DNA of 62,059 nucleotides, counting the filler. It is 4 parts of 4 records of this genome, joined end to end, with 100 filler letters (N's around TTAATTAATTAA, not from the genome) between each part and the next. Parts side by side here need not be neighbours in the genome. Positions count along the whole stretch, not along the records: positions 28,366 to 47,705 come from SRR20825019_1360; positions 47,806 to 56,791 come from SRR20825019_1364; 2 more parts are not named here. One strand, given 5' to 3'. The notes below the pieces were generated by a model, which saw nothing but the letters and a program-made list of their open reading frames with translations, made no database searches and was not told where the DNA came from. The position numbers were made by a program, and so were the translations under genes. Every line of letters starts with the position of its first letter. Positions within the stretch are counted from its first letter, which is position 1. Below are positions 38,201-48,496 of the stretch, piece by piece.

Positions 38201-40158
38201 GCCGGACGCTCGACTGCACGCGCTTCGGGAGCATGTTTTTCCGGCTGCCCTGCCGCCGAACCCGTCTGCCCGCTGAATTCCGGCACAAGCCGGGCCAACA
38301 GTCCCAGCACCTGATCGCCATTGCGCTGACGCCCGCTCGCTTCGATCTCGTCAAGCACGCGGGATAGCACCGCCAGATCGGCAGTGCGCGGCGAGGCCCG
38401 GTGGATGCCCTCGATCTCTGTTGCGATCAAGGCCTCGGCATCGTGGAACAGTTCCTCGAAAAGCTTTTCTCCCGGGCGCGGGCCGGTATAGGAAATCTCT
38501 ATATCGATACCGGGCGTAAGACCGGACAGGCGGATCATCTGCGCGGCCAGATCGGCGATCTTCACCGGCTCGCCCATATCGAGCACGCAGATGGCGCCGC
38601 TCTCCCGCGTATCGGCACTCGCGCTCGCATCCATGGCGGCCGCCTGCAGCACCAGCTCCACCGCCTCGCGCACGGTCATGAAATAGCGGGTCATGTCCGG
38701 ATGGGTCACGGTCAGAGGGCCGCCCCGGGCCAGCTGACGTTTGAACAATGGAATGACCGAGCCGGTCGAGCCAAGCACGTTACCAAACCGGACGGTGACA
38801 TAGCGCGGCCCACCCCGGCGGGCCTCTTCCCGGTCCTTGGCCTGGCAATAGGCCTCGGCCGTCCGCTTGGTGGCGCCCATGACATTGGTCGGGTTCACCG
38901 CCTTGTCAGTGGAGATCAGCACCATCTCGCCCACGCCATGCCGCGCGACGGCATCCGCCACATTGCGGGTGCCGATGACATTGGTCATCACCCCGTCGGT
39001 CGGATTTGCCTCGACCAGCGGCACATGCTTCAGCGCCGCCGCGTGAAAGACGATATCCGGCGCGAAGCCGGAGATCCGCTCATCAACTGACTGTGCATCG
39101 CGGACATCGGCAAGCAGTGCCTTGCGTGGCAGGTCCGGGAATTTTTCGGAGATTTCCAGATCGATCTGATAGAGCTGGAACTCGCCCGCATCGAGCAAGG
39201 CGATCTCGGACGGAGCAAGGGCTGCGATCTGGCGCGAAAGCTCCCCGCCGATCGTTCCCCCGGCCCCGGTGATCATCACCTTGCGGCCGCCGATCAGGTC
39301 CGAAACCCCTTTGCGGTCGAGAACCTTCTGGGGGCGTCCAAGCAGGTCTTCCACGCTGACGGAACGCACTGTTTCGGATGGCTCGTCAGCGCCTTCCAGC
39401 GACGCCATCTTCGGCATCCGGCCAACCGCAAGGCCAAGAGAATTCGCCCTGTCCAGCAGATCCCGGATGACAACACCCTCGATGGATTGCCGGGTAATGA
39501 CGAGCCGTTGCGGTGCCGTGTCCCGCTTGCGCAGATCAGCCACGACCTTTTCCAGCTCATCCAGCGTACCCAGTACCTGTATGCCCCGGATCATACGGCC
39601 AACTCGGCCACCAAGATCGTCGACGATGCCGACAACCCGGTACGGCGCGTCCTTCTCCCGGCCCATCTCGCGGATAAAGGCGTCCGAGCCGTCCCCGGCG
39701 CCGATCAGCAGCACCGGCACCCGGCCTGCCGCATTGCGTTCGAACAGGCTGGAGAAGGCACCATCCTTGACCAGCCTGTAGGCGAAGCGCGGGCCGGCCA
39801 GCAGCAATGTCAGGACGAAGAACTCGATGATCAGGAAAGAGCGCGGAAAATCGTCCAGCCGGGTCGCCAGAAACTGCACGACAAGGAACAGCGCAATACA
39901 GACAACCACCGCCCGGACAATCCGGCTGAGGTCGCTCATCGACGCATAGCGCCAGACCGTCCGGTCAAGGCGCATGGAGAAGAACACCAGGGCGGCAACG
40001 GCGGTGAAGGCCACCAGGCCGAATCCGACCACCTCACGCGGCCAGACAAGGATGTCCTGACCGAGCCGTAAGGTCAGCGAGATCAGGAAAGACAGCGCCG
40101 CCATCCCGACATCATGCAGGAAGGTCAGAAAACTGCGCTTAGACCCGAACATTGTCAT
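38197..40158 (-). CDS. Polysaccharide biosynthesis nucleoside-diphosphate sugar dehydratase (CapD/WbpM/PglF family)
   Basis: 4 N-terminal TMs, 'EDLLGR', 'TGAGGTIG', 'HAAALKHVP', 'STDKAVNP', 'RFGNVLGS', 'RPGEKLFEEL'. Confidence 0.93.
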   Translation of the reverse strand: MTMFGSKRSFLTFLHDVGMAALSFLISLTLRLGQDILVWPREVVGFGLVAFTAVAALVFFSMRLDRTVWRYASMSDLSRIVRAVVVCIALFLVVQFLATRLDDFPRSFLIIEFFVLTLLLAGPRFAYRLVKDGAFSSLFERNAAGRVPVLLIGAGDGSDAFIREMGREKDAPYRVVGIVDDLGGRVGRMIRGIQVLGTLDELEKVVADLRKRDTAPQRLVITRQSIEGVVIRDLLDRANSLGLAVGRMPKMASLEGADEPSETVRSVSVEDLLGRPQKVLDRKGVSDLIGGRKVMITGAGGTIGGELSRQIAALAPSEIALLDAGEFQLYQIDLEISEKFPDLPRKALLADVRDAQSVDERISGFAPDIVFHAAALKHVPLVEANPTDGVMTNVIGTRNVADAVARHGVGEMVLISTDKAVNPTNVMGATKRTAEAYCQAKDREEARRGGPRYVTVRFGNVLGSTGSVIPLFKRQLARGGPLTVTHPDMTRYFMTVREAVELVLQAAAMDASASADTRESGAICVLDMGEPVKIADLAAQMIRLSGLTPGIDIEISYTGPRPGEKLFEELFHDAEALIATEIEGIHRASPRTADLAVLSRVLDEIEASGRQRNGDQVLGLLARLVPEFSGQTGSAAGQPEKHAPEARAVERPA

Positions 40159-40252
40159 CGCTCATCACTTCCCCGCCCCAAACGGACCCGAAACGCCAAC
40201 GACCTTAAACCAGATGCCTGGGGGCGTCTGCCCCGGCACGCCGAAAACCATG

Positions 40253-41278
40253 TCAGACCGCCGCCTCCGCCTTCACTCTGCCCTTGTGAAAAAGCAGACA
40301 GAGCAGGATGACGGCACCGAGGCCAATGGCCACGGAAGACAGTGGATAAACCGGCGCCACGAACAAGGCCAACGCAATCAGACCGATATTCAGCGCCAGT
40401 ATGGCAAGACAGGCACCGGCATGACTGAAGCCCCGCTGTGTCGCCTGCTGGTAGAAATGCTGGCGGTGCGCCTCGAAAACATTTTCCCGCCGGAGCACGC
40501 GCCTGACCAGCGTGAAGGTCGCATCGAACAGGTAATATCCCGGTAACAACAAGACCGCCGCCCACCCCGAAAGCCCGCCGGAGGCCGCGCCCGTCTCCAG
40601 CAGCATCCAGCCCGCCAGAAAACCGAGCGGGATTGAGGCGACATCGCCGATGAAAATCTTCGAGGGCTGCCAGTTCCAGACCAGGAAACCGGCAATCGCC
40701 GCAACCATCGCCAGCGCCGGAAGCTGGATAGAAGCGCCGATGCCGCCGATCACAGTCAATCCGATCAGGCCGCTGCCTATACTGATCGTCTCGACCCCGG
40801 TGATCCCGTCAATGCCATCCATGAAGTTGAAAAGATTGACGAACCAGAGCCAGGCAAAGCCCGCAACCGGAAGCTCGACCCAGACCGGGATCAGACCGCC
40901 GGTGAAACCCGTGTCCGGGACCGTCACCATCAATCCGGCGGCAACAGCCAGCGCCTGCACCAGCAGCCGTAGCCGCGCCGGCAGGTTCTTCATATCGTCA
41001 ATGAAGGAGAGCATGGCGAGGCCGGCGGTCAATCCGGCAATCAACAGAAACTTGCCATCAAGAGCGCCTTGCAGGGCCAACCAGCCGATCCAGCCGGCGA
41101 GCATCACCGTGACAACGGCAATCCCGCCGCCGCGCGGCTTCGGCACAACGTGGCTGCTGCGCTCGTTCGGAACATCGATCACGGCACGGCGCGTCAGCAC
41201 AGTGATCAGCGCGCGCGTGCCAGCCAGAGACGCGACGAACAGAACACCGAAAAAAACAAGGGCTGTAAGCAGTTGCAT
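40253..41278 (-). CDS. Undecaprenyl-phosphate sugar-1-phosphate transferase (MraY/WecA/WbpL family)
   Basis: 'PNERSSH..P.PRGGG', 'DD', 'NLFNFMDGIDG', 'IFIGD', 'AHRQHFYQ'. Confidence 0.92.
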   Translation of the reverse strand: MQLLTALVFFGVLFVASLAGTRALITVLTRRAVIDVPNERSSHVVPKPRGGGIAVVTVMLAGWIGWLALQGALDGKFLLIAGLTAGLAMLSFIDDMKNLPARLRLLVQALAVAAGLMVTVPDTGFTGGLIPVWVELPVAGFAWLWFVNLFNFMDGIDGITGVETISIGSGLIGLTVIGGIGASIQLPALAMVAAIAGFLVWNWQPSKIFIGDVASIPLGFLAGWMLLETGAASGGLSGWAAVLLLPGYYLFDATFTLVRRVLRRENVFEAHRQHFYQQATQRGFSHAGACLAILALNIGLIALALFVAPVYPLSSVAIGLGAVILLCLLFHKGRVKAEAAV

Positions 41279-41323
41279 GGGCGCTCTTATAGCGTTCCGC
41301 GGGCCAAAAGGGCCAGCCGATTG

Positions 41324-42946
41324 TCATCCGGCCGTCTTGGCGTCCTCGCGTTGCAGGGCCCAGCGGATCGTAACCTCTCCGGTCGCCCTGATATTGTCCA
41401 GCGGCTCACGGATAACCAACTGCTCGCAACGCTGGAACTGGCCGCCCCGCCCGAAATAGACACTCTCGTTCAGGGCAAGCCCGCGATCGCAGCGCAGGCG
41501 CCAGCCGGAGCCGCTGCCAAGCCGGATCAAAGCGGCCGATCCGCTCTGGATGATGGAGGTGCGGACTTTCGGATGCAGGTGCAGGCGGATACAGGCTTCC
41601 TTCGGCAGGTCGCCGGGATCGCCTGTATAGACAAGCCGGTCCTCAACCCTGAGATCGTCCCCCGCATGGGACAGATAGACCCGGCGGAAATGCTTCAGGC
41701 CATGGGTCGGCAGATAACCGTCATGCTCCGCCTCGATCAGCATGTCACCATCGTTTTCAGAACGCTCAGACCGGACATGCGCCGGGCGGGTGCCGGTCAG
41801 GCCATCCACCTCGATCTCGGCCGCGTTACGATCATCAACCACGAGGGTGGAATGCGCCGCCGTGGCCCGGAGCGCGCCATCCCATTTCGGATCTGCCGGG
41901 CTGGCGCCGCAATTCACGATCATCCGCTGCTTGCCGATGCTGAGCTCGAAAGACAACAGACCGGCATGCGCCGCGTGATCCGCCGAGGACGGCTTGCCGG
42001 TATCCATGATCAGACAGGTCCGCCCGGCAACCAGTCTCTCGAATCCGCTATCCGGGGCCGAGGCCAGTGATTTCCGCTTGGTTTCCGCCTGCGCGATCAG
42101 GCTGTCGATGAACCAGACCTCGCCTTCTGTCGCATGATTGAACAAAGCCAGGCCGCCATCGCCATGGCGCAACAGCCGGAGCATCGCCGTCATCATGGAA
42201 ATGCGCTCGTCCAGAGCCTCGTCGGCATGTCCGGCCAGACGCAGCGCTTTCCTGATCTCGACCAGATCGGCGAGTACGGAGACCTGCATGGCGGGCGAAC
42301 GGGAAACATGGCCGCCATCGGCAGCGACCTGACGGTCGAGCTCACGATGCAGCCATTGCAGGGCCTGATCGAACTTGCCGGAGCCTTCGCCGATCACTGC
42401 CATGGCCGCGAACAGGCCCTTGGCCGCCAGCAGGCGCCGGGCGCCCGGCGCCGAGGCCTCGATATCGCCGACCAGATGTCTGTATTGGCGGCCAATGGAC
42501 TGGAAGAAATCGGCACGGAACTCGTCGTCCGCCGAACCGCCGAAAAAGTCGTAATTTCCGATCCAGGAAGACAGCCGCGCGCCGAGAATATCAGGGCGCC
42601 ACAACAGTGCATCCCATTCGTCATGCCGGGCCAGCCAGCCATCGACCAGATCGCGGGCGCGCAGCCGGGCCGCCTCGCCGCCAAGATCGCGCAAATCGCG
42701 CAGCCAGCAAAAGCCGTGCAGATGTTCCAGCGCGCCGGGCTCTCCCGGCTCCTTGATCCACGGGTCCGCTTCAAGGGTAAAGCTGCCGTTCGCATAAGAC
42801 ATGCGCCCGTCCAGGATCGCACGCCCTATCGAGGTGTCCCCCGGCAGATCGTCCGATAGCCGGTCATTGAGTCCGAGCAATGGCTTCGCCGCAAGGCGCC
42901 AGCGATAAACCGGCGAGGCGAAATAGAGCTCCTTTAATGTCCGCAT
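41324..42946 (-). CDS. Heparinase II/III-family protein
   Basis: 'HLHGFCWLRDL', 'DGGHVSRSP', 'RHGDGGLALFN', 'HAGLLSFELS', 'RATAAHSTL', 'HDGY'; downstream of rpe. Confidence 0.85.
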   Translation of the reverse strand: MRTLKELYFASPVYRWRLAAKPLLGLNDRLSDDLPGDTSIGRAILDGRMSYANGSFTLEADPWIKEPGEPGALEHLHGFCWLRDLRDLGGEAARLRARDLVDGWLARHDEWDALLWRPDILGARLSSWIGNYDFFGGSADDEFRADFFQSIGRQYRHLVGDIEASAPGARRLLAAKGLFAAMAVIGEGSGKFDQALQWLHRELDRQVAADGGHVSRSPAMQVSVLADLVEIRKALRLAGHADEALDERISMMTAMLRLLRHGDGGLALFNHATEGEVWFIDSLIAQAETKRKSLASAPDSGFERLVAGRTCLIMDTGKPSSADHAAHAGLLSFELSIGKQRMIVNCGASPADPKWDGALRATAAHSTLVVDDRNAAEIEVDGLTGTRPAHVRSERSENDGDMLIEAEHDGYLPTHGLKHFRRVYLSHAGDDLRVEDRLVYTGDPGDLPKEACIRLHLHPKVRTSIIQSGSAALIRLGSGSGWRLRCDRGLALNESVYFGRGGQFQRCEQLVIREPLDNIRATGEVTIRWALQREDAKTAG

Positions 42947-42973
42947 GCCCGCCCCCAAAGGCTCAGCAGAAAC

Positions 42974-43639
42974 TCACTTTTCACCGCGAATGGCCGCTAT
43001 ATTCGCGGCATAGGAATCCGGCCCGCCCCTGAAGACAGCGGTCCCGGCAACCAGCACGTCGGCACCGGCGGAAATACAGCCCGGCGCCGTCTCGATCGTC
43101 ACCCCGCCATCGACCTCGAGGTCGATGGTCCGGCCCGTGGCGTCGATCTTTTTCCGCACCGCCTCGATTTTGCGCAACTGGCTGTCGATGAATTTCTGCC
43201 CGCCAAAGCCGGGATTCACCGACATGATCAGGATCAGGTCGCAGAGATCGATCAGGTTATCCACCACCTCGACCGGTGTGCCCGGGTTCAGCGAGATCCC
43301 CGCCTTCTTGCCGAAGGATTTGATCAGTTGCAGCGTGCGATGGGTATGGGCGCCCGCCTCCGGATGCACGGTAATGATATCCGCACCGGCATCGACAAAG
43401 GCTTCGATGAAGGGATCGACAGGCGAGATCATCAGATGCACGTCGAATGTCTTCGCCGTGCTGCCGCGCACGGCCTTGGTCACGGCCGGCCCAAAGGAGA
43501 TGTTCGGGACGAAATGGCCGTCCATCACGTCGACATGGATATAATCGGCGCCAGCCTTGTCGATGGCTTCGATTTCCGCTCCTAACCGGGCGAAATCCGC
43601 CGCCAGGATGGAGGGTGCGATTCGTGTGTTCTGCTGCAT
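42974..43639 (-). CDS. rpe: Ribulose-phosphate 3-epimerase
   Basis: '[10 protein letters not shown]', '[12 protein letters not shown]', '[10 protein letters not shown]', 'EVDGG'. Confidence 0.96.
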   Translation of the reverse strand: MQQNTRIAPSILAADFARLGAEIEAIDKAGADYIHVDVMDGHFVPNISFGPAVTKAVRGSTAKTFDVHLMISPVDPFIEAFVDAGADIITVHPEAGAHTHRTLQLIKSFGKKAGISLNPGTPVEVVDNLIDLCDLILIMSVNPGFGGQKFIDSQLRKIEAVRKKIDATGRTIDLEVDGGVTIETAPGCISAGADVLVAGTAVFRGGPDSYAANIAAIRGEK

Positions 43640-43763
43640 GGCCTTCACCTAACAGGTTGCCCGGCGGGGAACAAGAAGTCTGGCGCTCAAGTCTGATAGC
43701 ATTTGCGATCTGACGCACAGGCTTCCAGTTTAAACTTTGCGCACGCCCTGAAAAGACCGGTTA

Positions 43764-44528
43764 ATGATCAATCTTTCTGCATACGAACATGACGGTTTTG
43801 CCATCTCGGACCCGATCTTCGATGAGGACGATCTCGCCGTGATGCGGGGAGCCGTCGATAGCCTGCATCAGCGCGCCCTCAGCGGGAATGAGCCGGATCT
43901 GTCTGACGCATGCGTCTTCGAAAGGGCGCAGCCAGCACGCAAACGCAACGGCCGGGAACTGGCGGTGGATCAGGACGCGGTTTTCATCCTCGGCGACCCC
44001 ACACGGTTCGATCCGGGATTGCTGAAGTTTATCATCGACACACGGCTGACAGGCATCGTCGCGCAGGCGCTCGGCACAGCGGATATCGTGCTGCATTTCG
44101 CGAACATCACGTCGAAAGCCCCGGAAATCGGCAGCGGCATCAGCTGGCACCGGGATTTCCCGAACAAGTATATCTGCCCGTCAGAGCCGAAAATGGCCCG
44201 GATCATGATCTGCCTCGACGGTATGCGGACCGGCAATGGTGCAACGGCTTTCCTCGCCGGATCGCACAAGGACACCGTCACAGCCGGTGAAATCAACACA
44301 AACGATCCCCGCATCGTTGCGGCTGCATGCGCGCCCGGTGCCATTGTCGCGATCCATCCACTCGTCCTGCATGGAGGCGCCCCAAATGCATCGGCACTTC
44401 AGCGGCGCAATCTCGTTCTGCAATGGGGCGTTGCGGGGTGCCCTCTTCTGACCGAGGACAGGGAATCCGTAACCGGCATGACACCAGCGGAAATGACGGC
44501 GCTGCTTTCGTCTCATCGGACTGCATGA
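43764..44528 (+). CDS. Phytanoyl-CoA dioxygenase-family Fe(II)/2OG oxygenase
   Basis: HxD in 'WHRD', 'NGAT..GSH', distal His in 'LHGGAPN', Arg in 'RRNL'. Confidence 0.85.
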   Translation: MINLSAYEHDGFAISDPIFDEDDLAVMRGAVDSLHQRALSGNEPDLSDACVFERAQPARKRNGRELAVDQDAVFILGDPTRFDPGLLKFIIDTRLTGIVAQALGTADIVLHFANITSKAPEIGSGISWHRDFPNKYICPSEPKMARIMICLDGMRTGNGATAFLAGSHKDTVTAGEINTNDPRIVAAACAPGAIVAIHPLVLHGGAPNASALQRRNLVLQWGVAGCPLLTEDRESVTGMTPAEMTALLSSHRTA

Positions 44529-44567
44529 CGGAAACAACCGGTCAGATCGCCCGTTGAAACGGCGCCA

Positions 44568-44615
44568 TTGACACGCGCGGAATTTCGTCATAATTTAAAA
44601 GAACAAAACATGAAC
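44568..44615 (+). promoter_or_regulatory. Sigma70 promoter with an alphaproteobacterial LexA (SOS) box
   Basis: TTGACA-17-TAATTT, then GAAC-AAAACAT-GAAC (44601-44615). Confidence 0.65.
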
Positions 44616-44641
44616 ATTGAATTATTCATACGGAGCAAGCC

Positions 44642-45283
44642 ATGCAGGATCTCGCTTTTTATTTCCCCGGTATTTTGCTCGCCTACTCCACCTTCCTTTT
44701 GGCAATAGCCAGTCCCGGACCCAACATCCTTGCCGTGATCGGCACATCGATGGGCGTGGGCAGACCGTCTGGAATTGCCCTGGCGCTGGGGGTGGCAAGC
44801 GGTTCGTTCACATGGGCCTTGCTCACCCTCTTCGGTCTCTCTGCAGTTTTGACCGCCTATGCGTCACTGCTTCTGTTGATAAAAGTCTTTGGCGGCATCT
44901 ACTTGCTCTGGCTTGCCTTCAAATTTTTCAAATCCGCCGCATCCTTGCACGATATTGAGGCGAAAGAGCTGAGCGGCGCACGGCTTCGCCCGGCCGGCTA
45001 TTTCAAACGCGGATACATCATCCAGATGACCAATCCGAAAGCCGCGCTGGCCTGGATCGCGATAATCTCTCTTGGGTTACAGGACGGCGCGCCGTTTTCC
45101 GTCGGCATCGCGATTGTCGTCGGCACCTTCATCATGTCGATCGCCATCCATGTTCTCTATGCCGTAATGTTTTCCACACCGGTCATGGTCGGGCTGTACA
45201 GCAAATCGCGCCGTGTGATTGAGGGCGTACTCGGCACCTTCTTCGCCCTCGCAGGTCTGCGCCTGCTGGCAAGCCGGAGCTGA
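44642..45283 (+). CDS. LysE/RhtB-family exporter
   Basis: 'ASPGPN', 'GGIYLLWLA', 'TNPKA', about 6 TM helices. Confidence 0.9.
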   Translation: MQDLAFYFPGILLAYSTFLLAIASPGPNILAVIGTSMGVGRPSGIALALGVASGSFTWALLTLFGLSAVLTAYASLLLLIKVFGGIYLLWLAFKFFKSAASLHDIEAKELSGARLRPAGYFKRGYIIQMTNPKAALAWIAIISLGLQDGAPFSVGIAIVVGTFIMSIAIHVLYAVMFSTPVMVGLYSKSRRVIEGVLGTFFALAGLRLLASRS

Positions 45284-45288
45284 GCCTG

Positions 45289-45609
45289 ATGGCTTACACC
45301 GATTCCGCAGCCGCAAATCTTAATGAGGGATTTGTTGTCGCCATCAACATCGTGGCCAAAGAGGGAAAGGGCGATGCTGTTGCCAATATTTTGCAAGGGC
45401 TGATCGAGCCGACGATGGCGGAAGAAGGCGTGAAATTTTTCATGCCCTACCGCTCGCCGACCGACCCACTGTCATTTTTTGTCTATGAGCTTTACGTAGA
45501 TGAAGCCGGCTGGGAAGCGCACAACAACGCGCCGCATTTTCTCAGCGTCGTGGACGAATTGGTTGCGCTGGCGGCGCACCGTCAGCGCGTGCCGTTCGTT
45601 CCCATGTAA
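45289..45609 (+). CDS. Antibiotic biosynthesis monooxygenase (ABM) family protein
   Basis: 'PTMAEEG', 'FFVYELY', 'HNNAPHF'. Confidence 0.82.
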   Translation: MAYTDSAAANLNEGFVVAINIVAKEGKGDAVANILQGLIEPTMAEEGVKFFMPYRSPTDPLSFFVYELYVDEAGWEAHNNAPHFLSVVDELVALAAHRQRVPFVPM

Positions 45610-45633
45610 AATTACCCACCGGCTTGTTGTTCT

Positions 45634-46932
45634 CTAGACCCGCCGGAAACGCGCGACGAAGAACCCGTCGAAACCGCCCAGCTCCGGATAAAGGTGCGGC
45701 CCGGTCCGGACGTCGCCATCCGGGGTCAGCAATTTATCCAACCCGCCCAGCTCTTCAACCGTCACCGGATCGCGTTCCAGCGGCAGCTCGGCCAGTGCGC
45801 GGGCGACCTGTGCTTCGCCCTCTTCCGATTGCTGGGAGCAGGTACAGTAAACCAGACGGCCGCCCGGCTGCAGCATACCGGCCGCCTTGGCCAGCAGCTT
45901 CGCCTGCAGGGTCGTCAGCTTGTTGAGGTCACCAATACCCTTGGCATGCAGGATATCGGGGTGGCGGCGAATGGTGCCGGTCGCCGTGCAGGGCGGGTCG
46001 AGCAGGATGGCGTCAGGTCTGTCGGGCGCTGTCCAGCCGGTGATATCGGCGACGGCGACACCAGCACGGAGCCCCATGCGGTCCAGGTTACGTTCCAGCC
46101 GCTTCAGGCGCTTGGAGGAGCGATCGACCGCCAGCACATTGGCGCCCATCGCAGCAAGCTGCAGCGTCTTGCCGCCGGGTGCCGCACACAGATCGAAGAC
46201 CCGTTTGTCTTTGACATCGCCCAGCAGTTTGGCCGGCAGTGCGGCGGCAGCGTCCTGCACCCACCACCCGCCTGCGTCAAACCCCGGCAGGCCGGTGATC
46301 GCGCCATCGAACTCACGGCGGAGCGTTCCCGTCGGCAGCAATGTGGCTTCCAGCTTTTCCGCCCATGCTTCCGGATTGCTTCTGACGGAAATATCAAGCG
46401 GCGGCTGGGTCAGGGAATATTCGGCAATGGCATGCGCGACCTCGACACCGAAGGAAGCCTGCCAGCTTTCAATCATCCAGGGCTGGTAGTTTATCTCGAC
46501 CGGGAATTCCTTCAGGCGCTCCGCGCCTTCGCGAGATACCCGGCGCAGGACAGCATTGACGAGTCCCTTGAACTTCGGGTGCCCCCGGCTTTCCACCAGC
46601 GTCACCGCGCTGTCGACGGCCGCGTGCGGCGCGACATCGAGGAACAGCAGCTCCGCCACGGCAAGCCGGAGAACGTCATGCACAACCGCCGCCTGACGCG
46701 GCAAAGGCTTCTCGATCAGGGTTTCGATCAACGCATCGATCTGGCCAAGCCGGCGCAATGTCATACCGACAATTGTCCGGGTGAACCCCCGGTCCCGGCG
46801 CGGCAGCATGTTGAGGCCGTCATGCACGGCCAGCGCATCGTCCAGCGGCGTGCCCTTGGTCAGCACCGCACGGAGAATATCAAAGGCGACGCTCCGGGCT
46901 GCGGAGACGTCCTGTTTTCGCTCTGTTTCCAT
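45634..46932 (-). CDS. rsmB: RsmB/Sun-family RNA m5C methyltransferase
   Basis: NusB-like N-terminus, 'WVQD', 'DLCAAPGGKT', 'LDPPCTATG', 'YCTCS'. Confidence 0.9.
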   Translation of the reverse strand: METERKQDVSAARSVAFDILRAVLTKGTPLDDALAVHDGLNMLPRRDRGFTRTIVGMTLRRLGQIDALIETLIEKPLPRQAAVVHDVLRLAVAELLFLDVAPHAAVDSAVTLVESRGHPKFKGLVNAVLRRVSREGAERLKEFPVEINYQPWMIESWQASFGVEVAHAIAEYSLTQPPLDISVRSNPEAWAEKLEATLLPTGTLRREFDGAITGLPGFDAGGWWVQDAAAALPAKLLGDVKDKRVFDLCAAPGGKTLQLAAMGANVLAVDRSSKRLKRLERNLDRMGLRAGVAVADITGWTAPDRPDAILLDPPCTATGTIRRHPDILHAKGIGDLNKLTTLQAKLLAKAAGMLQPGGRLVYCTCSQQSEEGEAQVARALAELPLERDPVTVEELGGLDKLLTPDGDVRTGPHLYPELGGFDGFFVARFRRV

Positions 46933-47087
46933 GACCGTCGCTTACCCCAGCCCCCGTTTTCTGACCAGCATTTTCGCAGCAGAGCCGCCATGCATCCGTA
47001 AAGTAACCGTCCGCATGCTCACCAACGGGTAAGGTCCGGATACGTTTGATATTTCTTAACCAAAATTGGTGATGCTGGTGCCGGACT

Positions 47088-47705
47088 GTGAAATGCGGAA
47101 AGGACGAGGCTTTGACCGAAACCATTGTATCCGACGACATCGGGCTCTTGCCGGACTCCTTTATCGACGCCCTGCTGACCCGCAACGCGAATTTGCTTGA
47201 GCCCTATCTTGGCGACCGCACGCCTGAAGTCCTCGCCTCATTCCAGAACCACACGCAAGATGCCGAAGGGCAGCTCAAGCAATGGGTCGAGATGTCGGTG
47301 ACCGCGAATGACAGCGTGCGCCAGGTTGCCGAAATGACCCGCTCCGTCCGGGAGGTCGACTCCCGCACCCAGTCCATCGCTTCCGCCGTCGAAGAGCTTT
47401 CGGCCACCGTGAGCAGCATCACGGCAACCTCCGAATCCGCCGCTGCTGAAGCGCAGGAAGCTGTCGCGGTCTCCGATACGGGGAAACAGGCAGCATCGAA
47501 CGCGGTTTCCGCCATGGGCGCGGTTTTCGAGGTCGTGCATTCCGCCGTCGACAAGGTCGGCGCGCTGGCCGAAGCCTCGAACCGGATCGGCCAGATCGTC
47601 TCCACCATCGAAGCGATCGCCAAACAAACCAACCTGCTTGCCCTGAATGCCACGATTGAGGCCGCCCGGGCCGGAGAAGCCGGCAAGGGATTTGCCGTCG
47701 TCGCG
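47088..47705 (+). CDS. Methyl-accepting chemotaxis protein, soluble type, truncated by contig end
   Basis: '[30 protein letters not shown]' signalling tip; no TM helix; start may be TTG 47112. Confidence 0.88.
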
Positions 47706-47805
47706 NNNNNNNNNNNNNNNNNNNNNNNNNNNNNNNNNNNNNNNNNNNNTTAATTAATTAANNNNNNNNNNNNNNNNNNNNNNNNNNNNNNNNNNNNNNN
47801 NNNNN
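47706..47805. other. Artificial contig linker
   Basis: N44-TTAATTAATTAA-N44. Confidence 0.97.
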
Positions 47806-47833
47806 GATGGGCACAGGGACGTGCCCATCCACC
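47806..47833 (-). repeat. REP-like hairpin at contig end
   Basis: GATGGGCAC-AGGGAC-GTGCCCATC (9-bp stem) led by GGTGG on the minus strand; only one copy visible. Confidence 0.4.
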
Positions 47834-47863
47834 TTATTCAACCCCCTAAACGTAACGTTCATT

Positions 47864-48496
47864 TTAACCATGAGACGACTCCCGGAAGGATTTGCGCCAT
47901 TCGTAATGCCCTCCGATCGCCAACACCAGAAAAAGCGCGTATAACATCGCAAACCAATACAACCCCATCTGCCAATAGACCACGATGGCGGCCATATTAA
48001 CGGCGACCCAGACAATCCAATTTTCCAGTTTTTTGCGCACCTGCAGCAACTGCGCCAAAATACTAAACGTGGCGATAAACGAATCACGATACGGCATCGC
48101 ATTATCCGTATAAGTCTGTTGATACCAGCCCCACCATAACGTGCCCGCAACACCCGCCACGATACATGCGATCCGGGCCTCCCAGCTCATCTGGGTAACC
48201 GGTAACACGGCGCGATTATCGCCCGGTCGCGACCAATGCCACCACCCGTAGGCCAGGACAATGAAGTAGAAACCCTGCAGCTTCATATCCGCATAAAGGG
48301 TCGCATTGTAGAACACGATTCCCGAAAGCACCACTTGAACCAACCCGATCGGGAATGTCCAAATGCTCTGCCGGATCATCAGCCCCACCCCAAGCAATCC
48401 GAGAATGGTCGCCAATTGTTCATACCAAGAGGCGCCAATGATCCCGCCCCAGATCATGAGCAAGATATCGAGCAGCGGTCGCAGCAACTCCATCAT
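47864..48496 (-). CDS. pnuC: Nicotinamide riboside transporter PnuC family
   Basis: 'LYADMKLQ', 'YGWWHW', 'PYRDSF', 'RKKLENW..W..VN'. Confidence 0.88.
   Translation of the reverse strand: MMELLRPLLDILLMIWGGIIGASWYEQLATILGLLGVGLMIRQSIWTFPIGLVQVVLSGIVFYNATLYADMKLQGFYFIVLAYGWWHWSRPGDNRAVLPVTQMSWEARIACIVAGVAGTLWWGWYQQTYTDNAMPYRDSFIATFSILAQLLQVRKKLENWIVWVAVNMAAIVVYWQMGLYWFAMLYALFLVLAIGGHYEWRKSFRESSHG

Noticed and set aside
47806-47871. Short ORF MVKMNVTFRG.. overlapping the pnuC stop as the start of a NadR-like kinase
   Set aside because: No P-loop or other motif in the visible residues, and the frame runs into the hairpin and contig end.
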